From: Eledone cirrhosa
Lineage: Eukaryota
DNA length: 64,000 bases
Assembly: GCA_964016885.1 (NCBI GenBank)
Contig: OZ024741.1
Span: 336,412,001 to 336,476,000 of the forward strand
Direction: 5' to 3'
How positions within the stretch are numbered: position 1 is the first letter of the stretch; each line of letters starts with the position of its first letter. A model generated the notes under the pieces. It saw only the letters and a program-made list of their open reading frames with translations. It ran no database searches and had not been told where the DNA came from. Below are positions 1-12,000 of the stretch, in pieces. The position numbers and the translations under genes are program-made.

Positions 1-3000
1 AAGGTACTCTGTAGGAATGTACTCTGTAGGAAGGTACTCTGTAGGAAGGTAGTCTGTAGGAAGGTACTCTGTAGGAAGGTAGTCTGTAGGAAGGTAGTCT
101 GTAGGAAGGTAGTCTGTAGGAAGGTAGTCTGTAGGAAGGTACTCTGTAGGAAGGTAGTCTGTAGGAAGGTAGTCTGTAGGAAGGTACTCTGTAGGAAGGT
201 AGTCTGTAGGAAGGTAGTCTGTAGGAAGGTAGTCTGCAAGAAGGTAGTCTGTAGGAAGGTAGTCTGTAGGAAGGTAGTCTGTAGGAAGGTACTCTGTAGG
301 AAGGTACTCTGTAGGAAGGTACTCTGTAGGAAGGTAGTCTGTAGGAAGGTAGTCTGTAGGAAGGTACTCTGTAGGAAGGTAGTCTGTAGGAAGGTACTCT
401 GTAGGAAGGTAGTCTGTAGGAAGGTAGTCTGTAGGAAGGTACTCTGTAGGAAGGTAGTCTGTAGGAAGGTACTCTGTAGGAAGGTAGTCTGTAGGAAGGT
501 AGTCTGTAGGAAGGTACTCTGTAGGAAGGTAGTCTGTAGGAAGGTACTCTGTAGGAAGGTAGTCTGTAGGAAGGTAGTCTGTAGGAAGGTACTCTGTAGG
601 AAGGTAGTCTGTAGGAAGGTAGTCTGTAGGAAGGTAGTCTGTAGGAAGGTAGTCTGTAGGAAGGTAGTCTGTAGGAAGGTAGTCTGTAGGAAGGTACTCT
701 GTAGGAAGGTACTCTGTAGGAAGGTACTCTGTAGGAAGGTAGTCTGTAGGAAGGTACTCTGTAGGAAGGTAGTCTGTAGGAAGGTAGTCTGTAGGAAGGT
801 AGTCTGTAGGAAGGTAGTCTGTAGGAAGGTACTCTGTAGGAAGGTAGTCTGTAGGAAGGTACTCTGTAGGAAGGTAGTCTGTAGGAAGGTAGTCTGTAGG
901 AAGGTAGTCTGTAGGAAGGTAGTCTGTAGGAAGGTAGTCTGTAGGAAGGTAGTCTGTAGGAAGGTAGTCTGTAGGAAGGTAGTCTGTAGGAAGGTAGTCT
1001 GTAGGAAGGTACTCTGTAGGAAGGTAGTCTGTAGGAAGGTACTCTGTAGGAAGGTAGTCTGTAGGAAGGTACTCTGTAGGAAGGTAGTCTGTAGGAAGGT
1101 AGTCTGTAGGAAGGTAGTCTGTAGGAAGGTACTCTGTAGGAAGGTAGTCTGTAGGAAGGTAGTCTGTAGGAAGGTAGTCTGTAGGAAGGTAGTCTGTAGG
1201 AAGGTACTCTGTAGGAAGGTAGTCTGTAGGAAGGTACTCTGTAGGAAGGTAGTCTGTAGGAAGGTAGTCTGTAGGAAGGTAGTCTGTAGGAAGGTACTCT
1301 GTAGGAAGGTAGTCTGTAGGAAGGTAGTCTGTAGGAAGGTAGTCTGTAGGAAGGTAGTCTGTAGGAAGGTACTCTGTAGGAAGGTAGTCTGTAGGAAGGT
1401 AGTCTGTAGGAAGGTAGTCTGTAGGAAGGTAGTCTGTAGGAAGGTACTCTGTAGGAAGGTAGTCTGTAGGAAGGTACTCTGTAGGAAGGTAGTCTGTAGG
1501 AAGGTAGTCTGTAGGAAGGTAGTCTGTAGGAAGGTACTCTGTAGGAAGGTAGTCTGTAGGAAGGTAGTCTGTAGGAAGGTAGTCTGTAGGAAGGTAGTCT
1601 GTAGGAAGGTACTCTGTAGGAAGGTACTCTGTAGGAAGGTAGTCTGTAGGAAGGTAGTCTGTAGGAAGGTAGTCTGTAGGAAGGTAGTCTGTAGGAAGGT
1701 AGTCTGTAGGAAGGTAGTCTGAAGAAAGGTACTCTGTAGGAAGGTAGTCTGTAGGAAAGTACTCTGTAGGAAGGTTGTCTGTAGGAAGGTAGTCTGTAGG
1801 AAGGTAGTCTGTAGGAAGGTAGTCAGTAGGAAGGTTGTCTTTAGGAAGGTAGTCTGTAGGAAGGTACTCTGTAGAAAGGTAGTCTGTAGGAAGGTAGTCT
1901 GTAGGAAGGTAGTCTGTAGGAAGGTAGTCTGTAGGAAGGTACTCTGTAGGAAGGTAGTCTGTAGGAAGGTTGTCTTTAGGAAGGTAGTCTGTAGGAAGGT
2001 ACTCTGTAGGAAGGTAGTCTGTAGGAAGGTACTCTGTAGGAAGGTAGTCTGTAGGAAGGTAGTCTGAAGGAATGTACTCTGTAGGAAGGTAGTCTGTAGG
2101 AAGGTACTCTGTAGGAAAGTAGTCTGAAGGAAGGTACTCTGTAGGAAGGTAGTCTGTAGGAAGGTACTCTGTAGGAAGGTAGTCTGAAGGAAGGTACTCT
2201 GTAGGAAGGTAGTCTGTAGGAAGGTACTCTGTAGGAAGGTAGTCTGAAGGAAGGTACTCTGTAGGAAGGTACTCTGTAGGAAGGTAGTCTGAGGGAAGGT
2301 ACTCTGTAGGAAGGTACTCTGTAGGAAGGTAGTCTGAAGGAAGGTACTCTGTAGGAAGGTAGTCTGTAGGAAGGTAGTCTGAAGGAAGGTACTCTGTAGG
2401 AAGGTAGTCTGTAGGAAGGTACTCTGTAGGAAGGTAGTCTGTAGGAAGGTACTCTGTAGGAAGGTACTCTGTAGGAAGGTACTCTGTAGGAAGGTAGTCT
2501 GTAGGAAGGTAGTCTGTAGGAAGGTACTCTGTAGGAAGGTAGTCTGTAGGAAGGTAGTCTGTAGGAAGGTACTCTGTAGGAAGGTACTCTGTAGGAAGGT
2601 AGTCTGTAGGAAGGTAGTCTGTAGGAAGGTACTCTGTAGGAAGGTAGTCTGTAGGAAGGTACTCTGTATGTAGGTAGTCTGTAGGAAGGTAGTCTGTAGG
2701 AAGGTAGTCTCTAGGAAGGTACTCTGTAGGTAGGTAGTCTGTAGGAAGGTTGTCTGTAGGAAGGTACTCTGTAGGAAGGTAGTCTGTAGGAAGGTAGTCT
2801 GTAGGAAGGTAGTCTGTAGGAAGGTACTCTGTAGGTAGGTAGTCTGTAGGAAGGTAGTCTGTAGGAAGGTAGTCTGTAGGAAGGTACTCTGTAGGTAGAT
2901 AGTCTGTAGGAAGGTAGTCTGTAGGAAGGTACTCTGTAGGAAGGTAGTCTGTAGGAAGGTAGTCTGTAGGAAGGTAGTCTGTAGGAAGGTAGTCTGTAGG

Positions 3001-6000
3001 AAGGTAGTCTGTAGGAAGGTACTCTGAAGGAAGGTACTCTGTAGGAAGGTAGTCTGTAGGAAGGTACTCTGTAGGAAGGTACTCTGTAGGAAGGTACTAT
3101 GTAGGAAGGTACTCTGTAGGAAGGTACTATGTAGGAAGGTACTCTGTAGGAAGGTAGTCTGTAGGAAGGTAGTCTGTAGGAAGGTAGTCTGTAGGAAGGT
3201 ACTCTGTAGGAAGGTAGTCTGTAGGAAGGTAGTCTGTAGGAAGGTAGTCTGTAGGAAAGTACTCTGTAGGAAGGTTGTCTGTAGGAAGCTAGTCTGTAGG
3301 AAGGTAGTCTGTAGGAAGGTAGTCTGTAGGAAGGTAGTCTGTAGGAAGGTAGTCTGAAGGAAGGTACTCTGTAGGAAGGTAGTCTGTAGGAAAGTACTCT
3401 GTAGGAAGGTTGTCTGTAGGAAGGTAGTCTGTAGGAAGGTACTCTGTAGGAAGGTACTCTGTAGGAAGGTACTCTGTAGGAAGGTACTCTGTAGGAAGGT
3501 AGTCTGAAGGAAGGTAGTCTGTAGGAAGGTAGTCTGTAGGAAGGTAGTCTGTAGGAAGGTAGTCTGTAGGAAGGTACTCTGTAGGTAGGTACTCTGTAGG
3601 AAGGTACTCTGTAGGAAGGTAGTCTGAAGGAAGGTAGTCTGTAGGAAGGTAGTCTGTAGGAAGGTAGTCTGTAGGAAGGTAGTCTGTAGGAAGGTACTCT
3701 GTAGGAAGGTACTCTGTAGGAAGGTAGTCTGTAGGAAGGTAGTCTGTAGGAAGGTACTCTGTAGGAAGGTAGTCTGTAGGAAGGTAGTCTGTAGGAAGGT
3801 AGTCTGTAGGAAGGTAGTCTGTAGGAAGGTACTCTGTAGGAAGGTACTCTGTAGGAAGGTAGTCTGTAGGAAGGTAGTCTGTAGGAAGGTACTCTGTAGG
3901 AAGGTAGTCTGTAGGAAGGTAGTCTGTAGGAAGGTAGTCTGTAGGAAGGTAGTCTGTAGGAAGGTACTCTGTAGGAAGGTACTCTGTAGGAAGGTAGTCT
4001 GTAGGAAGGTAGTCTGTAGGAAGGTAGTCTGTAGGAAGGTACTCTGTAGGAAGGTACTCTGTAGGAAGGTACTCTCTAGGAAGGTACTCTGTAGGAAGGT
4101 AGTCTGTAGGAATGTAGTCTGTAGGAAGGTACTCTGTAGGAAGGTAGTCTGTAGGAAGGTACTATGTAGGAAGGTAGTCTGTAGGAAGGTAGTCTGTAGG
4201 AAGGTAGTCTGTAGGAAGGTTGTCTTTAGGAAGGTAGTCTGTAGGAAGGTACTCTGTAGGAAGGTAGTCTGTAGGAAGGTACTCTGTAGAAAGGTAGTCT
4301 GTAGGAAGGTAGTCTGTAGGAAGGTAGTCTGTAGGAAGGTAGTCTGTAGGAAGGTACTCTGTAGGAAGGTAGTCTGTAGGAAGGTTGTCTGTAGGAAGGT
4401 AGTCTGTAGGAAGGTACTCTGTAGGAAGGTAGTCTGTAGGAAGGTTGTCTTTAGGAAGGTAGTCTGTAGGAATGTACTCTGTAGGAAGGTAGTCTGTAGG
4501 AAGGTACTCTGTGGGAAGGTAGTCTGTAGGAAGGTAGTCTGAAGGAAGGTACTCTGTAGGAAGGTAGTCTGTAGGAAGGTACTCTGTAGGAAGGTAGTCT
4601 GAAGGAAGGTACTCTGTAGGAAGGTAGTCTGTAGGAAGGTACTCTGTAGGAAGGTAGTCTGTAGGAAGGTAGTCTGTAGGAAGGTAGTCTGTAGGAAAGT
4701 ACTCTGTAGGAAGGTTGTCTGTAGGAAGCTAGTCTGTAGGAAGGTAGTCTGTAGGAAGGTAGTCTGTAGGAAGGTAGTCTGTAGGAAGGTAGTCTGAAGG
4801 AAGGTACTCTGTAGGAAGGTAGTCTGTAGGAAAGTACTCTGTAGGAAGGTTGTCTGTAGCAAGGTAGTCTGTAGGAAGGTAGTCTGTAGGAAGGTAGTCT
4901 GTAGGAAGGTTGTCTTTAGGAAGGTAGTCTGTAGGAAGGTACTCTGTAGGAAGGTAGTCTGTAGGAAGGTACTCTGTAGAAAGGTAGTCTGTAGGAAGGT
5001 AGTCTGTAGGAAGGCAGTCTGTAGGAAGGTAGTCTGTAGGAAGGTACTCTGTAGGAAGGTAGTCTGTAGGAAGGTTGTCTGTAGGAAGGTAGTCTGTAGG
5101 AAGGTACTCTGTAGGAAGGTAGTCTGTAGGAAGGTTGTCTTTAGGAAGGTAGTCTGTAGGAAGGTACTCTGTAGGAAGGTAGTCTGTAGGAAGGTACTCT
5201 GTAGGAAGGTAGTCTGTAGGAAGGTAGTCTGAAGGAAGGTACTCTGTAGGAAGGTAGTCTGTAGGAAGGTACTCTGTAGGAAGGTAGTCTGAAGGAAGGT
5301 ACTCTGTAGGAAGGTAGTCTGTAGGAAGGTACTCTCTAGGAAGGTAGTCTGAAGGAAGGTACTCTGTAGGAAGGTAGTCTGTAGGAAGGTACTCTGTAGG
5401 AAGGTAGTCTGAAGGAAGGTACTCTGTAGGAAGGTACTCTGTAGGAAGGTAGTCTGAAGGAAGGTACTCTGTAGGAAGGTACTCTGTAGGAAGGTAGTCT
5501 GAAGGAAGGTACTCTGTAGGAAGGTAGTCTGTAGGAAGGTAGTCTGAAGGAAGGTACTCTGTAGGAAGGTAGTCTGTAGGAAGGTACTCTGTAGGAAGGT
5601 AGTCTGTAGGAAGGTACTCTGTAGGAAGGTAGTCTGTAGGAAGGTACTCTGTAGGAAGGTAGTCTGTAGGAAGGTACTCTGTAGGAAGGTAGTCTGTAGG
5701 AAGTTACTCTGTAGGAAGGTAGTCTGTAGGAAGGTAGTCTGTAGGAAGGTACTCTGTAGGAAGGTAGTCTGTAGGAAGGTACTCTGTAGGAAGGTAGTCT
5801 GTAGGAAGGTAGTCTGTAGGAAGGTAGTCTGTAGGAAGGTACTCTGTAGATATATGTAGTCTGTAGGAAGGTACTCTGTAGGAAGGTAGTCTGTAGGAAG
5901 GTAGTTTGTAGGAAGGTAGTCTGTAGGAAGGTAGTCTGTAGGAAGGTAGTCTGTAGGAAGGTAGTCTGTAGGAAGGTAGTCTGTAGGAAGGTAGTCTGTA

Positions 6001-9000
6001 GGAAGGTACTCTGTAGGAAGGTAGTCTGTAGGAAGGTACTCTGTAGGAAGGTAGTCTGTAGGAAGGTAGTCTGTAGGAAGGTACTCTGTAGGAAGGTAGT
6101 CTGTAGGAAGGTAGTCTGTAGGAAGGTACTCTGAAGGAATGTAGTCTGTAGGAAGGTACTCTGTAGGAAGGCACTCTGTAGGAAGGTAGTCTGTAGGAAG
6201 GTAGTCTGTAGGAAGGTAGTCTGTAGGAAGGTTGTCTGTAGGAAGGTACTCTGTAGGAAGGTACTCTGTAGGAAGGTAGTCTGTAGGAAGGTAGTCTGTA
6301 GGAAGGTAGTCTGTAGGAAGGTACTCTGTAGGAAGGTACTCTGTAGGAAGGTAGTCTGTAGGAAGGTAGTCTGTAGGAAGGTAGTCTGTAGGAAGGTACT
6401 CTGTAGGAAGGTACTCTGTAGGAATGTACTCTGTAGGAAGGTAGTCTGTAGGAAGGTAATCTGTAGGAAGGTACTCTGTAGGAAGGTAGTCTGTAGGAAG
6501 GTACTCTGTAGGAAGTAGTCTGTAGGAAGGTACTTTGTAGGAAGGTACTCTGAAGGAAGGTTCTCTGTAGGAAGGTAGTCTGTAGGAAGGTACTCTGTAG
6601 GAAGGTTGTCTTTAGGAAGGTAGTCTGTAGGAAGGTACTCTGTAAGAAGGTAGTCTGTAGGAGGGTAGTCTGTAGGAAGGTAGTCTTTAGGAAGGTACTC
6701 TGAAGGAAGGTACTCTGTAGGAAGGTAGTCTGTAGGAAGGTACTCTGAAGGAAGGTACTCTGTAGGAAGGTATTTTGTAAGAAGGTACTCTTTAGAAAGG
6801 TAGTCTGTAGGAAGGTACTCTGTAGGAAGGTACTCTGTAGGAAGGTAGTCTGTAGGAAGGTAGTCTGTAGGAAGGTACTCTGTAGGAACGTAGTCTGTAG
6901 GAAGGTACTCTGTAGGAAGGTACTCTGTAGGAAGGTAGTCTGTAGGGAGGTAGTCTATAGGAAGGTAGTCTGTAGGAAGGTACTCTGTAGTAAGGTAGTC
7001 TGAAGAAAGGTACTCTGTAGGAAGGTAGTCTGTAGGAAGGTAGTCTGTAGGAAGGTAGTCTGTAGGAAGGTAGTCTGTAGGAAGGTAGTCTGTAGGAAGG
7101 TACTCTGTAGGAAGGTAGTCTGTAGGAAGGTAGTCTGTAGGAAGGTAGTCTGTAGGAAGGTAGTCTGTAGGAAGGTAGTCTGTAGGAAGGTAGTCTGAAG
7201 AAAGGTACTCTGTAGGAAGGTAGTCTGTAGGAAGGTACTCTGTAGGAAGGTACTCTGTAGGAAGGTAGTCTGTAGGAAGGTAGTCTATAGGAAGGTAGTC
7301 TGAAGAAAGGTACTCTGTAGGAAGGTACTCTGTAGGAAGGTAGTCTGTAGGAAGGTACTCTGTAGGAAGGTAGTCTGTAGGAAGGTACTTTGTAGGAAGG
7401 TACTCTGAAGGAAGGTACTCTGTAGTAAGGTAGTCTGTAGGAAGGTACTCTGAAGGAAGGTACTCTGTAGGAAGGTATTTTGTAGGAAGGTACTCTTTAG
7501 AAAGGTAGTCTGTAGGAAGGTACTCTGTAGGAAGGTACTCTGTAGGAAGGTAGTCTGTAGGAAGGTAGTCTGTAGGAAGGTACTCTGTAGGAATGTAGTC
7601 TGTAGGAAGGTACTCTGTAGGAAGGTACTCTGTAGGAAGGTAGTCTGTAGGAAGGTAGTCTATAGGAAGGTAGTCTGTAGGAAGGTAGTCTGTAGGAAGG
7701 TAGTCTGTAGGAAGGTAGTCTGTAGGAAGGTAGTCTGTAGGAAGGTACTCTGTAGGAAGGTACTCTGTAGGAAGGTACTCTGTAGGAAGGTACTCTGTAG
7801 GAAGGTAGTCTGTAGGAAGGTACTCTGTAGGAAGGTACTCTGTAGGAAGGTTGTCTGTAGGAAGGTACTCTGTAGGAAGGTAGTCTGTAGGAAGGTACTC
7901 TGTAGGAAGGTACTCTGTAGGAAGGTACTCTGTAGGAAGGTACTCTGTAGGAAGGTAGTCTGTAGGAAGGTAGTCTGTAGGAAGGTAGTCTGTAGGAAGG
8001 TACTCTGTAGGAAGGTACTCTGTAGGAAGGTAGTCTGTAGGAAGGTAGTCTGTAGGAAGGTACTCTGTAGGAAGGTAGTCTGTAGGAAGGTACTCTGTAG
8101 GAAGGTACTCTGTTGGTAGGTAGTCTGTAGGAAAGTAGTCTGTAGGAAGGTACTCTGTAGGAAGGTACTCTGTAGGAAGGTAGTCTGTAGGAAGGTAGTC
8201 TGTAGGAAGGTACTCTGTAGGAAGGTAGTCTGTAGGAAGATACTCTGTAGGAAGGTACTCTGTAGGAAGGTAGTCTGTAGGAAGGTACTCTGTAGGAAGG
8301 TAGTCTGTAGGAAGGTACTCTGTAGGAAGGTAGTCTGTAGGAAGGTAGTCTGTAGGAAGGTAGTCTTTAGGAAGGTAGTCTGTAGGAAGGTAGTCTGTAG
8401 GAAGGTACTCTGTAGGAAGGTACTCTGAAGGAAGGTAGTCTGTAGGAAGGTAGTCTGTAGGAAGGTAGTCTGTAGGAAGGTACTCTGTAGGAAGGTAGTC
8501 TGTAGGAAGGTACTCTGTAGGAAGGTACTCTGTAGGAAGCTACTCTGTAGGAAGGTAGTCTGTAGGAAGGTACTCTGTAGGAAGGTAGTCTGTAGGAAGG
8601 TAGTCTGTAGGAAGGTACTCTGTAGGAAGGTAGTCTGTAGGAAGGTACTCTGTAGGAAGGTAGTCTGTAGGAAGGTACTCTGTAGAAAGGTACTCTGTAG
8701 GAAGCTACTCTGTAGGAAGGTAGTCTGTAGGAAGGTACTCTGTAGGAAGGTAGTCTGTAGGAAGGTAGTCTGTAGGAAGGTACTCTGTAGGAAGGTAGTC
8801 TGTAGGAAGGTACTCTGTAGGAAGGTAGTCTGTAGGAAGGTACTCTGTAGGAAGGTACTCTGTAGGAAGCTACTCTGTAGGAAGGTAGTCTGTAGGAAGT
8901 TACTTTGTAGGAAGGTACTCTGTAGGAAGGTAGTCTGTAGGAAGGTAGTCTGTAGGAAGGTACTCTGTAGGAAGGTACTCTGAAGGAAGGTAGTCTGTAG

Positions 9001-12000
9001 GAAGGTAGTCTGTAGGAAGGTAGTCTGAAGGAAGGTACTCTGTAGGAAGGTAGTCTGTAGAAAGGTAGTCTGTAGGAAGGTAGTCTGTAGGAAGGTAGTC
9101 TGTAGGAAGGTACTCTGTAGGAAGGTACTCTGAAGGAAGGTAGTCTGTAGGAAGGTAGTCTGTAGGAAGGTAGTCTGTAGGAAGGTAGTCTGTAGGAAGG
9201 TTGTCTGTAGGAAGGTACACTGTAGGAAGGTAGTCTGTAGGAAGGTACTCTGTAGGTAGGTAGTCTGTAGGAAGGTAGTCTGTAGGAAGGTACTCTGTAG
9301 GAAGGTAGTCTGTAGGAAGGTAGTCTGTAGGAAGGTTGTCTGTAGGAAGGTAGTCTGTAGGAAGGTAGTCTGTAGGAAGGTAGTCTGTAGGAAGGTAGTC
9401 TGTAGGAAGGTAGTCTGTAGGAAGGTAGTCTGTAGGAAGGTAGTCTGTAGGAAGGTAGTCTGTAGGAAGGTAGTCTGTAGGAAGGTAGTCTGTAGGAAGG
9501 TAGTCTGTATGAAGGTACTCTGTAGGAAGGTAGTCTGTAGGAAGGTAGTCTGTAGGAAGGTAGTCTGTAGGAAGGTACTCTGTAGGAAGGTAGTCTGTAG
9601 GAAGGTAGTCTGTAGGAAGGTTGTCTGTAGGAAGGTAGTCTGTAGGAAGGTACTCTGTAGGAAGGTAGTCTGTAGGAAGGTAGTCTGTAGGAAGGTAGTC
9701 TGTAGGAAGGTAGTCTGTAGGAAGGTTGTCTTTAGGAAGGTAGTCTGTAGGAAGGTACTCTGTAGGAAGGTAGTCTTTAGGAAGGTAGTCTGTAGGAAGG
9801 TAGTCTGTAGGAAGGTAGTCTGTAGGAAGGTAGTCTGTAGGAAGGTACTCTGTAGGAAGGTAGTCTTTAGGAAGGTAGTCTGTAGGAAGGTAGTCTGTAG
9901 GAAGGTAGTCTGTAGGAAGGTAGTCTGTAGGAAGGTAGTCTGTAGGAAGGTACTCTGTAGGAAGGTAGTCTGTAGGAAGGTAGTCTGTAGGAAGGTAGTC
10001 TGTAGGAAAGTAGTCTGTAGGAAGGTAGTCTGTAGGAAGGTAGTCTGTAGGAATGTAGTCTGTAGGAAGGTAGTCTGTAGGAAGGTACTCTGTAGGAAGG
10101 TACTCTGTAGGAAGGTAGTCTTTAGGAAGGTAGTCTGTAGGAAGGTACTCTGTAGGAAGGTAGTCTTTAGGAAGGTAGTCTTTAGGAAGGTACTCTGTAG
10201 GAAGGTACTCTGTAGGAAGGTAGTCTTTAGGAAGGTACTCTGTAGGAAGGTACTCTGTAGGAAGGTAGTCTGTAGGAAGGTAGTCTGTAGGAAGGTAGTC
10301 AGTAGGAAGGTACTCTGTAGGAAGGTAGTCTGTAGGTAGGTAGTCTGTAGGAAGGTACTCTGTAGGAAGGTACTCTGTAGGAAGGTAGTCTTTAGGAAGG
10401 TACTCTGTAGGAAGGTAGTCTGTAGGAAGGTAGTCTGTAGGAAGGTAGTCTGTAGGAAGGTAGTCAGTAGGAAGGTACTCTGTAGGAAGGTAGTCTGTAG
10501 GTAGGTAGTCTGTAGGAAGGTACTCTGTAGGAAGGTACTCTGTAGGAAGGTACTCTGTAGGAAGGTAGTCTGTAGGTAGGTAGTCTGTAGGAAGGTACTC
10601 TGTAGGAAGGTACTCTGTAGGAAGGTACTCTGTAGGAAGGTAGTCTGTAGGAAGGTAGTCTGTAGGAAGGTAGTCTGTAGGAAAGTAGTCTGTAGGAAGG
10701 TAGTCTGTAGGAAGGTAGTCTGTAGGAAGGTAGTCTGTAGGAAGGTAGTCTGTAGGAAGGTAGTCTGTAGGAAGGTAGTCTGTAGGAAGGTACTCTGTAG
10801 GAAGGTACTCTGTAGGAAGGTACTCTGTAGGAAGGTAGTCTGTAGGAAGGTAGTCTGTAGGAAGGTAGTCTGTAGGAAGGTAGTCTGTAGGAAGGTAGTC
10901 TGTAGGAAGGTACTCTGTAGGAAGGTACTCTGTAGGAAGGTACTCTGTAGGAAGGTAGTCTGTAGGAAGGTAGTCTGTAGGAAGGTAGTCTGTAGGAAGG
11001 TACTCTGTAGGAAGGTACTCTGTAGGAAGGTACTCTGTAGGAAGGTAGTCTGTAGGAAGGTAGTCTGTAGGAAGGTAGTCTGTAGGAAGGTAGTCTGTAG
11101 GAAGGTAGTCTGTAGGAAGGTACTCTGTAGGAAGGTACTCTGTAGGAAGGTAGTCTGTAGGAAGGTAGTCTGTAGGAAGGTAGTCTGTAGGAAGGTAGTC
11201 TGTAGGAAGGTAGTCTGTAGGAAGGTACTCTGTAGGAAGGTAGTCTGTAGGAAGGTAGTCTGTAGGAAGGTACTCTGTAGGAAGGTAGTCTGTAGGAAGG
11301 TAGTCTGTAGGAAGGTAGTCTGTAGGAAGGTACTCTGTAGGAAGGTACTCTGTAGGAAGGTAGTCTGTAGGAAGGTAGTCTGTAGGAAGGTAGTCTGTAG
11401 GAAGGTAGTCTGTAGGAAGGTACTCTGTAGGAAAGTAGTCTGTAGGAAGGTAGTCTGTAGGAAGGTAGTCTGTAGGAAGGTAGTCTGTAGGAAGGTACTC
11501 TGTAGGAAGGTAGTCTGTAGGAAGGTAGTCTGTAGGAAGGTAGTCTGTAGGAAGGTAGTCTGTAGGAAGGTAGTCTGTAGGAAGGTACTCTGTAGGAAGG
11601 TAGTCTGTAGGAAGGTAGTCTGTAGGAAGGTAGTCTGTAGGTAGGTAGTCTGTAGGAAGGTAGTCTGTAGGAAGGTACTCTGTAGGAAGGTAGTCTGTAG
11701 GAAGGTAGTCTGTAGGAAGGTACTCTGTAGGAAGGTAGTCTGTAGGAAGGTACTCTGTAGGAAGGTACTCTGTAGGAAGGTAGTCTGTAGGAAGGTAGTC
11801 TGTAGGAAGGTACTCTGTAGGAAGGTAGTCTGTAGGAAGGTAGTCTGTAGGAAGGTACTCTGTAGGAAAGTAGTCTGTAGGAAGGTACTCTGTAGGAAGG
11901 TACTCTGTAGGAAGGTAGTCTGTAGGAAGGTAGTCTGCAGGAAGGTAGTCTGTAGGAAGGTAGTCTGTAGGAAGGTACTCTGTAGGAAGGTAGTCTGCAG